DNA from: Felis catus
Taxonomy: Eukaryota
Assembly (NCBI RefSeq): GCF_018350175.1
Contig: NC_058383.1
Span: forward strand, 13,146,001 to 13,210,000
DNA: 64,000 nucleotides
Direction of reading: 5' to 3'
Below, piece after piece: positions 51,740 to 64,000 of this stretch; positions within the stretch are counted from its first letter, which is position 1, and each line of letters begins with the position of its first letter. A program made the translations under genes and the position numbers. The notes under the pieces are model-generated. The model saw only the letters and a list, made by a program, of their open reading frames with translations, did no database searches and had not been told where the DNA came from.

Positions 51740-52545
51740 TCATTCACTCATTTATTCATTATTCAAGGATTTATTGACTATATATTGTGATCCATACTCC
51801 ATTCTAGATGCTGGGGATATAACAGTGAACATAGCAGCCCAGAGTTTCTGGCCTTGCAGTTTAGATTCTTGTAGGGGAAGGGAGACAATGGAGAACTAAA
51901 CAAAATACAGATCATGCAAGGTACAGTCGTGACCAGTGGAGAAAAATTAAGCAGATAAAGGGAATAGTGAGCACTGAGGTGTGTGTGTGGGGGGAGGACA
52001 GATGCAGATGCTGCTATTTAAAATAAGGTGTTCAGAAAAGACTTCACCAATCAAGTAAGATTTGAATATTGATTTTGCATTAAAGATCTGGAAGGGCAGA
52101 AGGGATGAGGTCTGAGAATATCCAAGAGTAGGGAATTGTGGGCAGAGGGAACAGCCCAGTACAGAGGCTCTGAGGCAGAAATGGCCTTTAAAGGGGAGAC
52201 CAGCATGGCTAGAGGTCAGTGAATGAGGGGGTAAGTCATCAAAGTTAGAAAGGAAAGAAATGAAGGGCCAGACCATGTAGAGCATTGTAGGCTACCATAA
52301 AGACTTTGGGAATCCATAGAATGCTTTATTTACATTTAAAAGTGATCACCTTGCCTCCTCTGTTGTACCTGGGGACCAGGGTGGTAGCAGAGAGATGGGT
52401 TAGGCAGTGACCACACTAGGCATCCAGGTGAGAAATGATGGGAGCTTAGGTGGGATAGTGATAGAGGTGGTAAGAAGTGAGGGGGTCCTGTTTGGCAGGA
52501 TTTGCTGCTGAGTTAGATGTGGGATGTGAGAGACTTTTAACCTGA
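51740..52545 (-). mobile_element. L2a fragment
   Basis: (TTCA)n tail, TTCTAGATGCTGGGGATATAACAGTGAA and further L2 body motifs. Confidence 0.75.
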
Positions 52546-52659
52546 AAATGTGCTATCCACCGATAGATTAATAAAGTAATTAATGTCTTACTCTTTTGTC
52601 ATAGAAATCAAAAGAGCCATTTGCAAATAATATCTCACTTCTGTCGAGTAGGTGTTACA

Positions 52660-52800
52660 TGCTAGATATTACTCTAAATGCTTAGCATATCGTTTCAGTT
52701 CATTCTCATACAGACCTTATGATATTATCCTATTTTACAGATGAGGAAACCAAGGCATAGAGAAATGGAGTAGCTTCCCTAAGATTATGCAGCTAAATGG
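52660..52800 (-). mobile_element. MIR fragment
   Basis: ATTTTACAGATGAGGAAACCAAGGCATAGAGA core. Confidence 0.7.
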
Positions 52801-53899
52801 AATTCTCTAGTCAGCACATTCAGCTGTTGAACCTGTTGTAAAGATTGCTTTATTTACAAAACATTTATCGAGCATGGTCCATGGGTGGCCTGGTCTGTAA
52901 TTCCCTAGTACCTTGTTTATGATGCTGAACATATTGTTATAATTATTACTTTTATATCAAAATTCACACTGTGCTCCAAGCCCCTGTGGGAAAGGACTTG
53001 TGCCCCATTCAAACTTTGAATCTCTGATGTCTGGCACATAGTTGTGATTAACAGATTTTGTTTAAAAAAAAAAAAAAAACAGTTCTTTTTTTTTAAACAA
53101 AGGTTAAAAAAAAGTTGTCAAGCATTATGCCAGGACTGGTGTGTGAAGATCAGGCGGACATGACCTCTTACCTTGAGGAGCTCACTTTGTGTTGTCCTAG
53201 ATCTGCCTCTCAACAGAGAAATTACCACCTGGAGGGCTGTTAGAACACACATATATGTTGGAGTTCAGGGGCAAAGACTTACCCTCTCAAGGAGGCAACT
53301 TTGGGAGGCATACTGGAGATGGAACCCAGCCTGGGTCATACAGGCTGAGCTGTCCTGGTGAGGGAGGAGAGGGAGGGGAAGTCGCGGTGCTATTCCAGCT
53401 GTGCGAGATCACATAGAACAGGAAAGACATGACGGAGCCTAAAACAGATGCCCCGGTGCGATCCGTGGCATCAAATAATGTTTAACGTTTTACTCAGTGT
53501 AATAGTGATATATTTCATGTGCGTATTCCGGAGTTCTTAGGAAATTGTTCTATGTGTTTAGCATATAGGGCAACTCTGAGTGAGAATATTTGATTAACAT
53601 TGTATGCCAGTCCTTTGAAATTCCGACACTGCACCGTGCATATCTTTCTTTTAACATCACCCTATCTCTGACTCCAGAAACCCGCTGTTGAAGGTGGAGA
53701 GAAAGGCACTCATGTGGCAGTGTTAGTGCAGTGGGTGGAGAAGCAGGGCACACCATTTGTCAGTTAATGCGAAGGGCCCCCCTTCCCCAGAACACCGCTC
53801 ATCATAGGCTCTTATTCGTGAGCTCCTTAGAAGTTCTACTCCATATCTGAGGTTAGTTTAACTACCAAATGACAGAAAGCAGAGCAGAGGGTACATTTT

Positions 53900-54284
53900 T
53901 CTTGGAAAAAGAAAAAAAAAACCCAACCGGAAAAAGTTTCACAGGAGCTCACGTGTTGCTATTCGCACACTTTTTTCTTGACGGCTACACTTAAAATTCA
54001 TTCCACGTGGCCTCCAAGAGAAAGGAGGTGGGGAGAAGCCTGCATTTGATAGCTTTGTATGTTCCCCCAAAGAAAGAGAGTGCTTGAAAAAAAGAAAGGC
54101 AGGCTTTCAGATGTTGTCTGAACAAAGATATGGAAATGTGAGGCGAGAGCAGCATCTGGAGGTTTTCAAACACTGGAACACAGGCTGCACGCTGCTTTTG
54201 CTGTTGGAGGAGTGAAAAGCTGTTTCCTGTCATTTCCCATCTTGTCACTTCCAGGACCAACATCTTGCTACTTCTTGCACCAGC

Positions 54285-54316
<32 letters not shown>

Positions 54317-54660
54317 CACTCCGCAGACAGATGGCAGGAGAGCTTGGATAATTCCACGCCCCCCCCCACCCCCCCGCCAGTTCTGAAGAAGTTTGCTTGT
54401 GCGCTACCTTCATAAAATGATCCTGTGCCCCTGTCGCTCACTTGATTCTGTTAGCAGAGTCAGGAAGGGAGCAGAGGGGATCCAGAGGAGACTTTTAACA
54501 GCTTGCGATTTCATGTCTTGTGAAAACGCTCCCTCCTTCAGAAACCTCACCTCTGTTGGTGCAGCCGTTTTGTTTCCGGGGTTTTTCACCAAAAAGGAGG
54601 GAGGGTGGAGGGATTGAACTTTCGTACCGTTGCTTCTGTACAAACCCGAGATTTCTGACC
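53900..54660 (+). promoter_or_regulatory. Second internal promoter-like region
   Basis: No recognisable transposon and CpG-enriched. CACGTG E-boxes at 53950 and 54004, KLF/Sp motif CCACGCCC at 54354 with an adjacent C-rich tract, (GTT)10 at 54286-54315. Confidence 0.45.
54286..54315. repeat. (GTT)10 trinucleotide repeat
   Basis: Perfect run. Confidence 0.97.
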
Positions 54661-54750
54661 ATGATTTCTCTGTACTCTGAACCCCGAGTAGCAGTTCTGA
54701 CATCCTTGTTCGCCTCCCTGCATTTTAGCTGTAAGTGCAACTGGGTACAG
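54661..54750 (+). CDS. Candidate second alternative first coding exon, MISLYSEPRVAVLTSLFASLHFSCKCNWVQ (phase 0)
   Basis: GACCATGA start at 54661, 30 codons to CAG|GTGACA at 54750/54751. A competing donor GCT|GTAAGT at 54730/54731 would give phase 1. Preceded by a CpG-enriched promoter-like region. Confidence 0.35.
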
Positions 54751-55264
54751 GTGACAGCACCATCTTTTCACAGTCCTATGTATTTATCTTTCATTGTTCT
54801 TTTTACACCTGTTACTTTAAGTATTTTCCTTGGATTCCTCAGTGAGGGTAAGAACATAGAAATAAATGGTGCAGAGAAGGCCTTACACATCAAGGAGATA
54901 CTTGGTGGAAACAACTTAGGTTCTGTTTAAAATTTGTATTTTTTGTCACAAGATAATAACCTCAAGGAGGAAGCTGTTCCTTTCTTTTTCTCACAATAGT
55001 AGATAACTTTTAATAACATTAAATTGCAACTCTAAGAAGTAACATATTCTCTGTAGAAAACCTAGAAAAAATGTATTACAGAAAAAATAAATGCATCCAC
55101 AATTTTATAGTAACTACTCTTACATTTGGTGAAGTTACTTACAGCTTTTTCCTCGGAGTTAGGTGTGCATGTAATTTGTCTTGTATCCTTACAAACTTAT
55201 GTTAGTACTTGGTCATTTTCCAGCGTGGATTTGGTGGTAGTGGGAATGGTCATGACAGTTATAC

Positions 55265-55500
55265 TTGCTTAGATTATTGAGCACTTACTGTGTGACAGTC
55301 ACCATAATAAATGCTTGACATGCAGTACACATTTCAATTCCCATGTCAATCCTATACAGTAAAGATTAATTGATCCTTATTTTAGACACTAGTGAAGCGA
55401 GGCTAAAAAACATTAAGTAATTTTCCCAAGCTCACACACTGCACAGGAGGTTACATTAGGATTGAGGCCAGTCTGTCCCTGAAGCTCATGCTGTTTATCA
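55265..55500 (-). mobile_element. MIR
   Basis: TATTGAGCACTTACTGTGTG...TTAAGTAATTTTCCCAAGCTCACAC. Confidence 0.65.
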
Positions 55501-56564
55501 TTTGTACATCCTTTTTTTGAAAAGTCTGAATATTTCTAAGACTCTTGATACATATTGTGTAAGACTTGCTATCAATTCTCACTTCCTCCATTTATGAGAA
55601 TACTTCCTTGCACAGATGTAGATCTTCTTTTCACAGGTGCTCAGAGTGAATGATTGCTCACTCGTTACCTTAGCTCTTCTCTGATTGCCGGAGAGATTGG
55701 GCATTTTTCACGTGTTATTGATCATTTGTATTTCGTCTGTAAATTGTTCATGTCCTGCGATACTGCTTTTATTGACCACTTAAATTTTTTTTGGTACAAA
55801 CTCGTCATTTGTTAAATATATTAACCCTTTGGCTTTTGTTTAAAGCATATTTCCTTCTTTTGCTTATTTGTGAACAAAATACTTACGTGAACGTTTTAAG
55901 TATGTACATATCCGTATATTGTTTTCTGTATTCCTTTCCCACAAATCAGTGATTTAGTTTGTTTTCCTTTATTTTATGATTTTATTACTTATAGCCAACT
56001 TTTTCATTCACATCTGGAATTTATTTTAACATATGATGTGAGGTGAGACCCTGATTTAGTTATTTTATGCATACATAATACTGTTTTTGTTTTGCTAATC
56101 CATTTTTTAATTGTCAGACATTATATCTTCTACTCCTGTGGTGTGCGTTATTATATTTCTTTTCTTCATTGACATCTGCTTAAGCTATCTTTTCTGTGTA
56201 TGTGATCTGTCAGTTTTAATGCCCGTAGTACGTTTTAGTTATTGTAAGTTTGTAAAATGGTCAAGGAGCTTTTTTTATTGAAAGGAGCCAGATCACCGCA
56301 TTAGAAGGTCCACTCCCAAAGCCTCAGTGTGGCCTTGTCCTTGTTTTGTGACTCGGCCGTGTCTCTAATTTAAATCTCATCAGCAAAATGAAAGGCCATA
56401 GTATGTGAATTCCAGAATTTTGAAGTTTTGAGATTTTAAAAATTGAGACTTGTAGTTGATACCAGTTACCTCACTAAAATTTTTGCAGTTCTTTGAATTT
56501 GTGAAATCTACATATACATGATTTAAAGTACTCAGGATATTGTCCCTGGTTTTTGCGTTTCATG

Positions 56565-57378
56565 TTTTAACTATTTTAACTCACAACACGTAGGACACCA
56601 AATGGGTGGAGTTTTTTTTTCCATAGCAACCAGTTCTCCAGCTCTCCAGACACCAACTGGGTGTTCCACAACGAAATCCTTTTCTGACACTAACTGCCTG
56701 AAGTGTGTGTAGGCCCTGCAGGATAAGGGGTCGGTCCCATGATACTGCCCCCACTTCAGACACCAGTCATAAGTCCCAGGTTGCCACCTGTGCTTCTGAC
56801 TGATGAGCTGTAAATTTGGTGGTTGGCACGATGCCCTCTCTCCTCAGGTTTAATAATTTGTTGGACTGGAACTCACAGAACTCAGGAAAGCATTTTACTA
56901 TTACAGGTTTGTTGTAAAGGACACAACTCAAGAACAGTCAACTGTAGTAGGTACATGGGACAGGTGTGGAGGGAGGGGCCCAGAGCTTCCATACCCCCTC
57001 TAGGCATGCCACCCTCCAGGCCCTTGGAAATGTTCACCAACCCAGAGTTGCCTGAATGCTATTGTTTAGGGGCTTTTATGAAAGTGCTCATGAAAGTTTC
57101 ATTACAGAGGCATGCTTGATTCAACCATTGGCCGCTAGTGATTGAAAGTCTCCAGCCTGTGTCCCTTCCCCTACATTGGAGCTCAGGGGTATCGCTGAAA
57201 GTTCCAATCCTCTGATCGTGCCTTGGTCTTGGCAGCCAGATCCCATCCTGAAGCTATGTGGGGGATTCAAATTTGTCTGAGAACAAAAGACAGTCCTATT
57301 ATTCAGGAGATTCCACGGGATCTAGGATCTCTGTGTCAGGACCTGTGGACAGAGATAAATATTTATTTATCACCATTC
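56565..57378. mobile_element. MER21-like solo LTR
   Basis: GACACCAACTGGGTGT...TTCTGACACTAAC...CTGCCCCCACTTCAGACACCAGTC...CTCACAGAACTCAGGAAA motifs of MER21. Confidence 0.8.
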
Positions 57379-58568
57379 TATATGGAGTTCTGAGTTTGTG
57401 GCAAATAATAACCAGGTAAATATGGCCTGTATAGACATGGTTTTTATTCTCTCCTTCCTTTGAAATACCTGAGGGCTTCACTGGAAAAAAGAAATAAAAC
57501 AAAATTTTCAAGTATAGGTGAAGTTTGCAAGGGAAGTGTGATATTTATATAAAGTTAGCATCAAAAAGGAACGATTTTGCTTGCATCACTGAGGAGACTA
57601 GAGATAGCATTGGTAAAACACAAGTGGGCTATGTTCTTTCAGAATTGCAGCAAGCCTTCATAGTAACTTAAGTGATCCCAAAATATTACCTTGATTTTAT
57701 TTAAGGAAAGAATGGAGTCTTGCTTTCCCAGCATGGTTTTATGTGCATATTAAGTACAGCTTCCCATGACCAAGGTCTTCTAGAATAAAAATAATGCCCC
57801 TTAATTTTGAGTCCTCTTTTACAATCTGAAAAGTGGAGGCGCATTTCTCTATTTGATGCTCATAATCACACTGTGAGGTAGCTTAGTCCAAGATGTTACC
57901 ATTACTACCTCTGCTTTGCATATGAGTAAAATGAGACTCCTATTTAAAATACTCTCCAAAGCTCTCATGACTCGTAGGTGGTGGGACTGGCCTCTAACGT
58001 AGCTCTTATGAGACCTGAACTGGTATTATTTGGACTTGGTAATTTCCAAGCCCTTCTTTCTTAAAATTAAAAAAAAATATTTTTAGGGATTTGCAAATCC
58101 CTATTTTAGAGGTGCCCACCTCTGAAATATTGAGGAGTGTCTTTTAGGTGCCTGCCCAGAGTGACATACGCCAAAATATTTTTTAAACTGTGAAGTAGTG
58201 TTCAGATGTAAAGCTTTCTCTGTGTTACTCCTCGGGGACCAACAGTTAGATACCTGTCTTCTCTGTTCAGTGTTGTATGGTGGTAATTAACAAAGTTGCA
58301 CTATATGTGAACTTTTTTTTTTTAATATGCCTCAGCTGTCATGAAGGACATTTTTAACTAAAAGGAGAAATAATATTCATTTTTCCTTGTTCATTTGAAA
58401 GTAAATGGTACTTGAGGCAGACTTATCAGATTTCTCTTCCATCCGCTGACTCGTAATCATGATTTTTTTTCATAATCTTAAGGAACAGGGTAAAAAATTC
58501 CATCTCAGTTTATAGTTACTGTTTTGGAAGTTTCATACTTAGGTGTGTTCAAAATAGTACCATGTGTT

Positions 58569-58913
58569 GTGGTAGTCATGAAAGCTGTCTGCAAATATTC
58601 CACCTCTCTCTGTCTTTCTCTACACACATGGCCTTCCCTGACCACTTTAACTTTGGGTAGCCGTAGGACTTGATTTTGCCTCAGAAAGGCGAGTCTGACT
58701 TCTTAGTTTGTACTTTACCATATTCTCCTGTCCTCCACATGAGGATTAGCAATATTCAAGATGGTGGCTGCTCCATCAGCCTGGGCTCCTGAATGACCGT
58801 AATGAGAACTGCCTTGTCGATTCATAATAGACATAGAACGTGAAGGAGAAATAAACCTTTGTTATTTTCAGCTTTTGCGATTTCATATTACCTAACTTGT
58901 CCTAACTGAGGCA
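58569..58913 (+). mobile_element. MLT1I/J-like MaLR solo LTR
   Basis: TG...CA termini, GATGGTGGCTGCTCCATCAGCCTGGG and GAAATAAACCTTTGTT motifs. Confidence 0.75.
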
Positions 58914-59721
58914 GGATCATAAGAATATGCTTATTATGCATCATGCAGATCTTTTGGCTGTTTCAATCTTGAGATCTTAAATTACACCCAAACTGAATAC
59001 TCCTTAATATCACCAAGCAGGATGTCTCCATTCTACAGGGGCTCACAAAACAGAATTTGGAAATTGGGAGGAATAGCTTGTAATAGGCACTCAGTGCTCA
59101 GATCAGAGCCATTGTTGCACAGCCAAGAGAGAGATTTGCTTCAGTTACTAGAGTAATTTTTGACACATAGTTGATTCGGTCTTTATTCATAAAGGTCTGC
59201 CAGATTATTAGGAATTTATTGGAGGCATACCTTTAAAATAGGAGTAAATGCCACTTAAATATGTTGATTTGAAATTAGGAAAAGGCAAAATTTTTCCCAA
59301 GGGGCCTATTAACATCCACTGAGGATGGAAAAGGTTACTCAGTCGCTCATGTTGGCTGACAAAAGCATCAAATAAGAATAGTATTGCACTGAGTTGCTTC
59401 ATTCCAGGGTTGACATTCGGCTCTGATGTGCTTAGAGAACTGAATCTGAATAAAACACAGCGGTATACCACATCTCACTTGTCTTCTCATTCGTATACTT
59501 TCCCCTTTTTCTTTTCTACTCCCTCATTCCCACCCAGCTTTCCTTGCTTACCTTCTTTCCTGTAATTTAGCTCATCAGGGTCTTTGTTACAAAACTGCTT
59601 TGTAAGTCACTTATTTTGGAACTTGGAAACCATTTTCCCAGGAAAGAGATATCGTGTCCCAAATTAGAAAACTTGACTTTGCCAATTGTATCATGAAGTT
59701 ACATTAAAACTTACTAAGAGA

Positions 59722-59925
59722 GGGGCACCTGGGTGACTCAGTCAGTTGAGTGACCAACTTCAGCTCAGGTCCCGATCTCATGGTTTGTGAGTTCGACCCC
59801 CACATCGGGCTTGCTTCTGCCAACCCAGAACCTGCTTCGGATCATGTGTGCCTGTCTCTCTGCTCCTCCCTCCCTCTCTCCCTGTCTCTCTCTCTTTCAA
59901 AACTAAATCAACATTTAAAAAAAAA
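59722..59925 (+). mobile_element. Can-SINE
   Basis: SINE head, (CT)n and A tail, degenerate TSD TACT(A/G)AGAGAGG. Confidence 0.93.
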
Positions 59926-61306
59926 ATACTGAGAGAGGCCTGAGCCCTGTGGAAACCTTAGCTGCCTTGCGGCAACACAGGTGGGAGGTGGATGGCATGG
60001 ATCTTTGGTACTGGCAGCCTGAACAAGCAGTACTTGGCTGTTCTGCCATCTTCTCATATTTAAGAGAAGTTCTTTGCATTTTCCAGATTATCTCTGTCAT
60101 ACTTCACGAGCCATCTGTGGACTCTGAGCTTCAGAGTGGCCGTGCAGCCTCAGTCCTTGCTGGAGGATAGTGCCTCTGCCGTGACTGCTGGGGCTGAGGG
60201 CATAGAAAGTTCCCCTCTGTCTTGGCCATTCTTCACACTGTCGTCCTCTGTCTCATGAGCCTCTTACACTTCTGGGAGGGGCGTGAGGCTCCAGTCCTCC
60301 CACTGTGCCTTCCTGGGGCTGCTGCTCGAGGAGGGCCCCCTCTCACTAGTTCTGTTTTCCTTTGGCCCCGTCTAGATCTTTGACACCCTTGCTCTCTGCC
60401 CACTATTAGTGGTGCAGGGTTCGGACGGGTACTGGTTTGGGCATTCTGTGGGGAGAGGGGTCAGAGAGAGTTAACAAGCAGGCACCATTTGGCAACCTGC
60501 CTGGACGCTTTGGGCAGTGGGGTGGACCAGTCCGTTCAAAGGGGCACACAAGCAGGAATAGGGGGAGGGCATGTGGTCTCTACCCTCTACCTCTCGCCCC
60601 TGGGCCCTGCATCTAGGGCGTTCTCTTCTGCCTGCATGCTTCATATTTTTAGCTCTCTGCAAAGAGAAAAATCACGGATTATTATTTAACTCACTCATGA
60701 TTTTAAAATCCATTTTCTGGAACGCATCAACTAAAAATAGGGATTTCTGTGGTGTTGAGCATTCCAAAATCAGGAATTTCCCATCTCTTTTGTCTTTACT
60801 TCCTTTCATTCTCTCACTTGCTTTACTTCCTCCTGCCTTCCCCCACCCCCCACCTCTTTCTTTTCTACTTCCCTCTTGATCCTTCCCTTAGCTTATTGCC
60901 CACACTCCTTTCCTTGTGTGGACCTCTGTGTTATATGAGGAGGTGGAGAGGCACACTGTCCAAGGACCCAGTGCAGGTAGTAATGTCATTGTCCTGTGCA
61001 GGTAATTCTTCAGTGAGTGGCATTAGAAGAAGGACTTTATCCTTGAAATCAGGAAGATCAGATTAAGCTGAGCATTTGAAAGCACACGATGCAGATGCTG
61101 AGAAAGCATCTTGCCCATGCACTTGAACTGAAAGAAAAACTGTGTGATATGATCAGTATATGATGATGGCTTTTCAGATCAGGTAGCTGAGTTGTATTTA
61201 TAATGTAAGATATTTCTTGCTTTGGTGTGAAGATAAAACAAATGATAGGTTACCAAGAGGATTTTCTAGAGTTTGGGTTGCAGAGAAGTAAGTGCTTGTG
61301 AATAGG

Positions 61307-61308
<2 letters not shown>

Positions 61309-61341
<33 letters not shown>

Positions 61342-61382
61342 ATGTGTGTGTGTGTGTGTGTGTGTGCATGTGCGTGTGTGCA
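61309..61382. repeat. Interrupted (TG)n microsatellite
   Basis: Seen directly. Confidence 0.95.
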
Positions 61383-61451
61383 TGTTAGAGGCTTGGAGAA
61401 ATCAGAAGGAGGAGAAAGAATATTCTGTACAGAAAATTGGCATAGTTGTTG

Positions 61452-61666
61452 TAAAAAAAAAGTTTATTTATTTAGAGAGAGAGAGTGTGTGTGTGTGCAA
61501 GCAAAGGAGGAACAGAGAGAGAGGGAGAAAGAGAGAGGATCCCAAGCAGGCTCTGCATTGTCAGCACAGAGCCTGATGCAGGGCTGGAACTCAGGAACCG
61601 TTGAGATCGTGACCTCAGCCGAAATCAAGAGTCTGTCACTGAACTGATGAGCCACCCAGGTGCCCC
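61452..61666 (-). mobile_element. Can-SINE (older subfamily)
   Basis: SINE body on minus, short TSD core ATAGTTG. Confidence 0.92.
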
Positions 61667-63278
61667 AATATAGTTGCTTTTGATAGGAGCTAGCACATTA
61701 GTGAAAACACACTTTATTGGCAGAGTTTAGTTCTCTTTCCAGTTTGGTTCAGCAGGGGTGACAATGTGGGGATGCAGCTGGAAACAGTAAGATTATCTGT
61801 GCAGCAGGCTTGTACCTGTCCCTACCTGTCATGCAGTGAACAGGATTTGATGATTAATCTTTCTATGCTTTTTTCCCTAAAGCTGCTGGCAGTCTACCAA
61901 CTGTCTAAACCTTGAGGACTGACTTGGGTTGGAAAAATAAACCCCGTCTCCTGAAATTCACATCAGCTTAAACTCAGAGCAGCCAGCAGAGGAGATGAGA
62001 AGGACCTCCAGCCTGGCTGCCAGACGGCAGCCACAATTAGGATCCTTCAGCTTTCCCAAATCTCCCTGTGTAGAGGAAAACTGTTGGATTGAATGGGGGC
62101 CGGAAAACCGGCGTGACTTCATTTAATTACCTTCATCCCACGCTCCCCCTGTCCACACTTGGGTGTCTGTTACTGCCATCCAGTCCTGACCCATGGAGGG
62201 TGGAGTGGGGGGAGGGCATGGCCCAGAGGAGTTTTCAGTTTCTCAGCTTGCTTCCTTCGCAGAATCTGCAGTCACCTACCACCCTCCTCAGCTTTTGCCA
62301 TTTTGGAGTCTCCTCTCTGCAGCTGTTTATTCAGATTTTGTTTTAACTGACTAGGTTGTGTTTCTTCTTTCCCCCCAAACACATTTATCTAGAAGAAAAT
62401 AGTATGTCATTATAATAAACAGAAGGCAAGTATCAACTGCATAAGAAAGAAACTGTAAATGCGACTACAGCACGGTGAAAATATGAGATTCTAGTTGGAT
62501 ACTTTTTCCTAGGGAAGGCTCTGAACTTGAGCCTTCTCTCCTGTAAGGTTCAAAGGGAGCTTGGAGAGTCAGGCGTTTTGAATTCAGTAAAGCACCATGC
62601 GAGGCACTTTTCTTAACCAATTGGACAGATTCCTAAGGAAACGCCTATATCCAGCCGAAACCATTCCTCTTAGGTCTTCTTTTCCTGGGATGATTTTAAA
62701 GATGAAAAAAGAGCACTTAAAAATAAAACCTGCCTACTCAGAAATAATTCAGATCTTTTCATCCTTTGTTGTTGCTCTGGACGCTCCTTGTAGTATCTTG
62801 TCCAGCACTCAGTAGGTATTTGTGCCATGAATCAAGATGTCCACATTGATGTTTAGTTTCATTGCCCTTCCTCTAAAGACCGTATACCTCTCTCTCGTTC
62901 TCTGTGATTTTTTGGTAGTTCTCTTTTATGTGCTTGCTTGCAACATGAGTCTTTGCTTCTTTTGTGTGCATACACACAGATGTGCACACCTTTTCAAATG
63001 ATACATGGTTGTATCAAACTATCAAGATGATAGTTTGAGTTGTCTTGTTAACCAACCAGGTGTTCTTTTCCTGGTATTGGCATTAGGTGTTTGAGAGTAC
63101 CTTTCCCAGCATACTCTACTTGGACTGGCACGGATGAGCATTCCAGGGCTTTACACGCAGGCGACACCAAACATGTTGCTTGTTGTTATGGGGTGTCTTT
63201 CTCTTTGGGCACCCACAGTATATGCAGCACTAGGCTGTTGCCATTTTCTTGGAACTAGAAAATTAGGAACATAAAGTT

Positions 63279-63506
63279 GGTTTTTTTTTTTAAATTTTTT
63301 TTTTTAACGTTTATTTATTTTTGAGACAGAGAGAGACAGAGCATGAACGGGGGAGGGGCAGAGAGAGGGAGACACAGAATCGGAAACAGGCTCCAGGCTC
63401 TGAGCCATCAGCCCAGAGCCCGACGCGGGGCTCGAACTCACGGACCGCGAGATCATGACCTGAGCCGAGGTCGGCCGCTTAACCGACTGAGCCACCCAGG
63501 CGCCCC
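63279..63506 (-). mobile_element. Very young SINEC_Fc
   Basis: CpG-rich and near consensus, perfect TSD AGGAACATAAAGTT at 63265-63278 and 63507-63520. Confidence 0.97.
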
Positions 63507-63814
63507 AGGAACATAAAGTTTCTTTTACATCTCTGGGAAACCTTGATTTCCAGCTGTTGTGGTGGTATGAGTTGTCAACCGCTTTATTGTAGCCAGACAA
63601 CAGGGTCTAGTGTAAAGAGAAAATTTGGTGGCTGCTGTCTCCTGCCTGTTCCCCTCAAAGTACTGTTAACATTCACTCCCCACCCCCACCCCACCCCACC
63701 CCTTGATTAACAAAGAGCTAATCTGGGCATCTCAGCTGGAGAAAGAAAAGTCTTATGTGCCCTTATAATCCCCTATGCCTGTGACATTGCCTGATAAGGA
63801 TTAACACCAACAAT

Positions 63815-64000
63815 AAGCAGTAAATGTTGTGTTCAGTGCTTACCATGAGCCAAATATTGTGCTTTAAAGGCACGATCTCGCTTAGTCTTAACAAAAACTC
63901 AGTGAAATTAAGTACTGTCAGTAGCCCCATTGTTACAGATGCACATACAGGAAAAATTGAAGTTAAATAATTATCAAAATCTCAACAGCTGTTAAGTAGC
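63815..64000 (-). mobile_element. MIR (runs off the window end)
   Basis: GTGCTTACCATGAGCCA...CCCATTGTTACAGATG...GTTAAATAA...ACAGCTGTTAAGTAGC. Confidence 0.65.

Larger units (their letters stand above)
1..64000 (+). other. AUTS2: Interior of a very long intron of a + strand gene, probably AUTS2
   Basis: Seen: no constitutive coding exons in 64 kb, long L1s antisense to +, credible donors/acceptors on +. Gene identity is inferred only from recall of the peptide at 8912-8959 and the known very long AUTS2 introns; it was not searched. Confidence 0.55.

Noticed and set aside
1..64000. CRISPR array, prokaryotic operon, intact transposase/RT or endogenous viral gene
   Set aside because: No regularly spaced repeat-spacer structure and no long ORFs. 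All RT-like sequence is degraded L1 or CR1.

Overview
Mammalian, repeat-rich, almost entirely non-coding DNA from a felid. The young tRNA-derived Can-SINEs match the cat SINEC_Fc type, and there are carnivore/felid L1 and Tigger1 derivatives. I found no multi-exon CDS, RNA gene, CRISPR array or prokaryotic system. Nearly all ORFs in the track are artefacts of SINEs, L1 remnants, microsatellites or chance. The window reads as the interior of a very long intron of a + strand gene, because the long L1s are antisense and the credible splice signals are on +. The best unique signal is a GC-rich promoter-like block (about 8.4-8.9 kb) ending in a 48-nt coding segment, MIKSSWFYVKFKYAEK, followed by a consensus AAG|GTAAGT donor. 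From memory this resembles an alternative N-terminus of AUTS2, which is unverified and needs BLAST. A second promoter-like block at about 53.9-54.75 kb may encode another phase-0 N-terminus. Other points of interest are a candidate recursive splice site at 7622, poison-exon potential of the 8.9 kb exon, a twin-primed inverted L1, a SINE nested in inverted orientation inside another SINE, and a tailless poly-C SINE. Repeat subfamily names come from recalled consensus similarity, and boundaries of old repeats are approximate.
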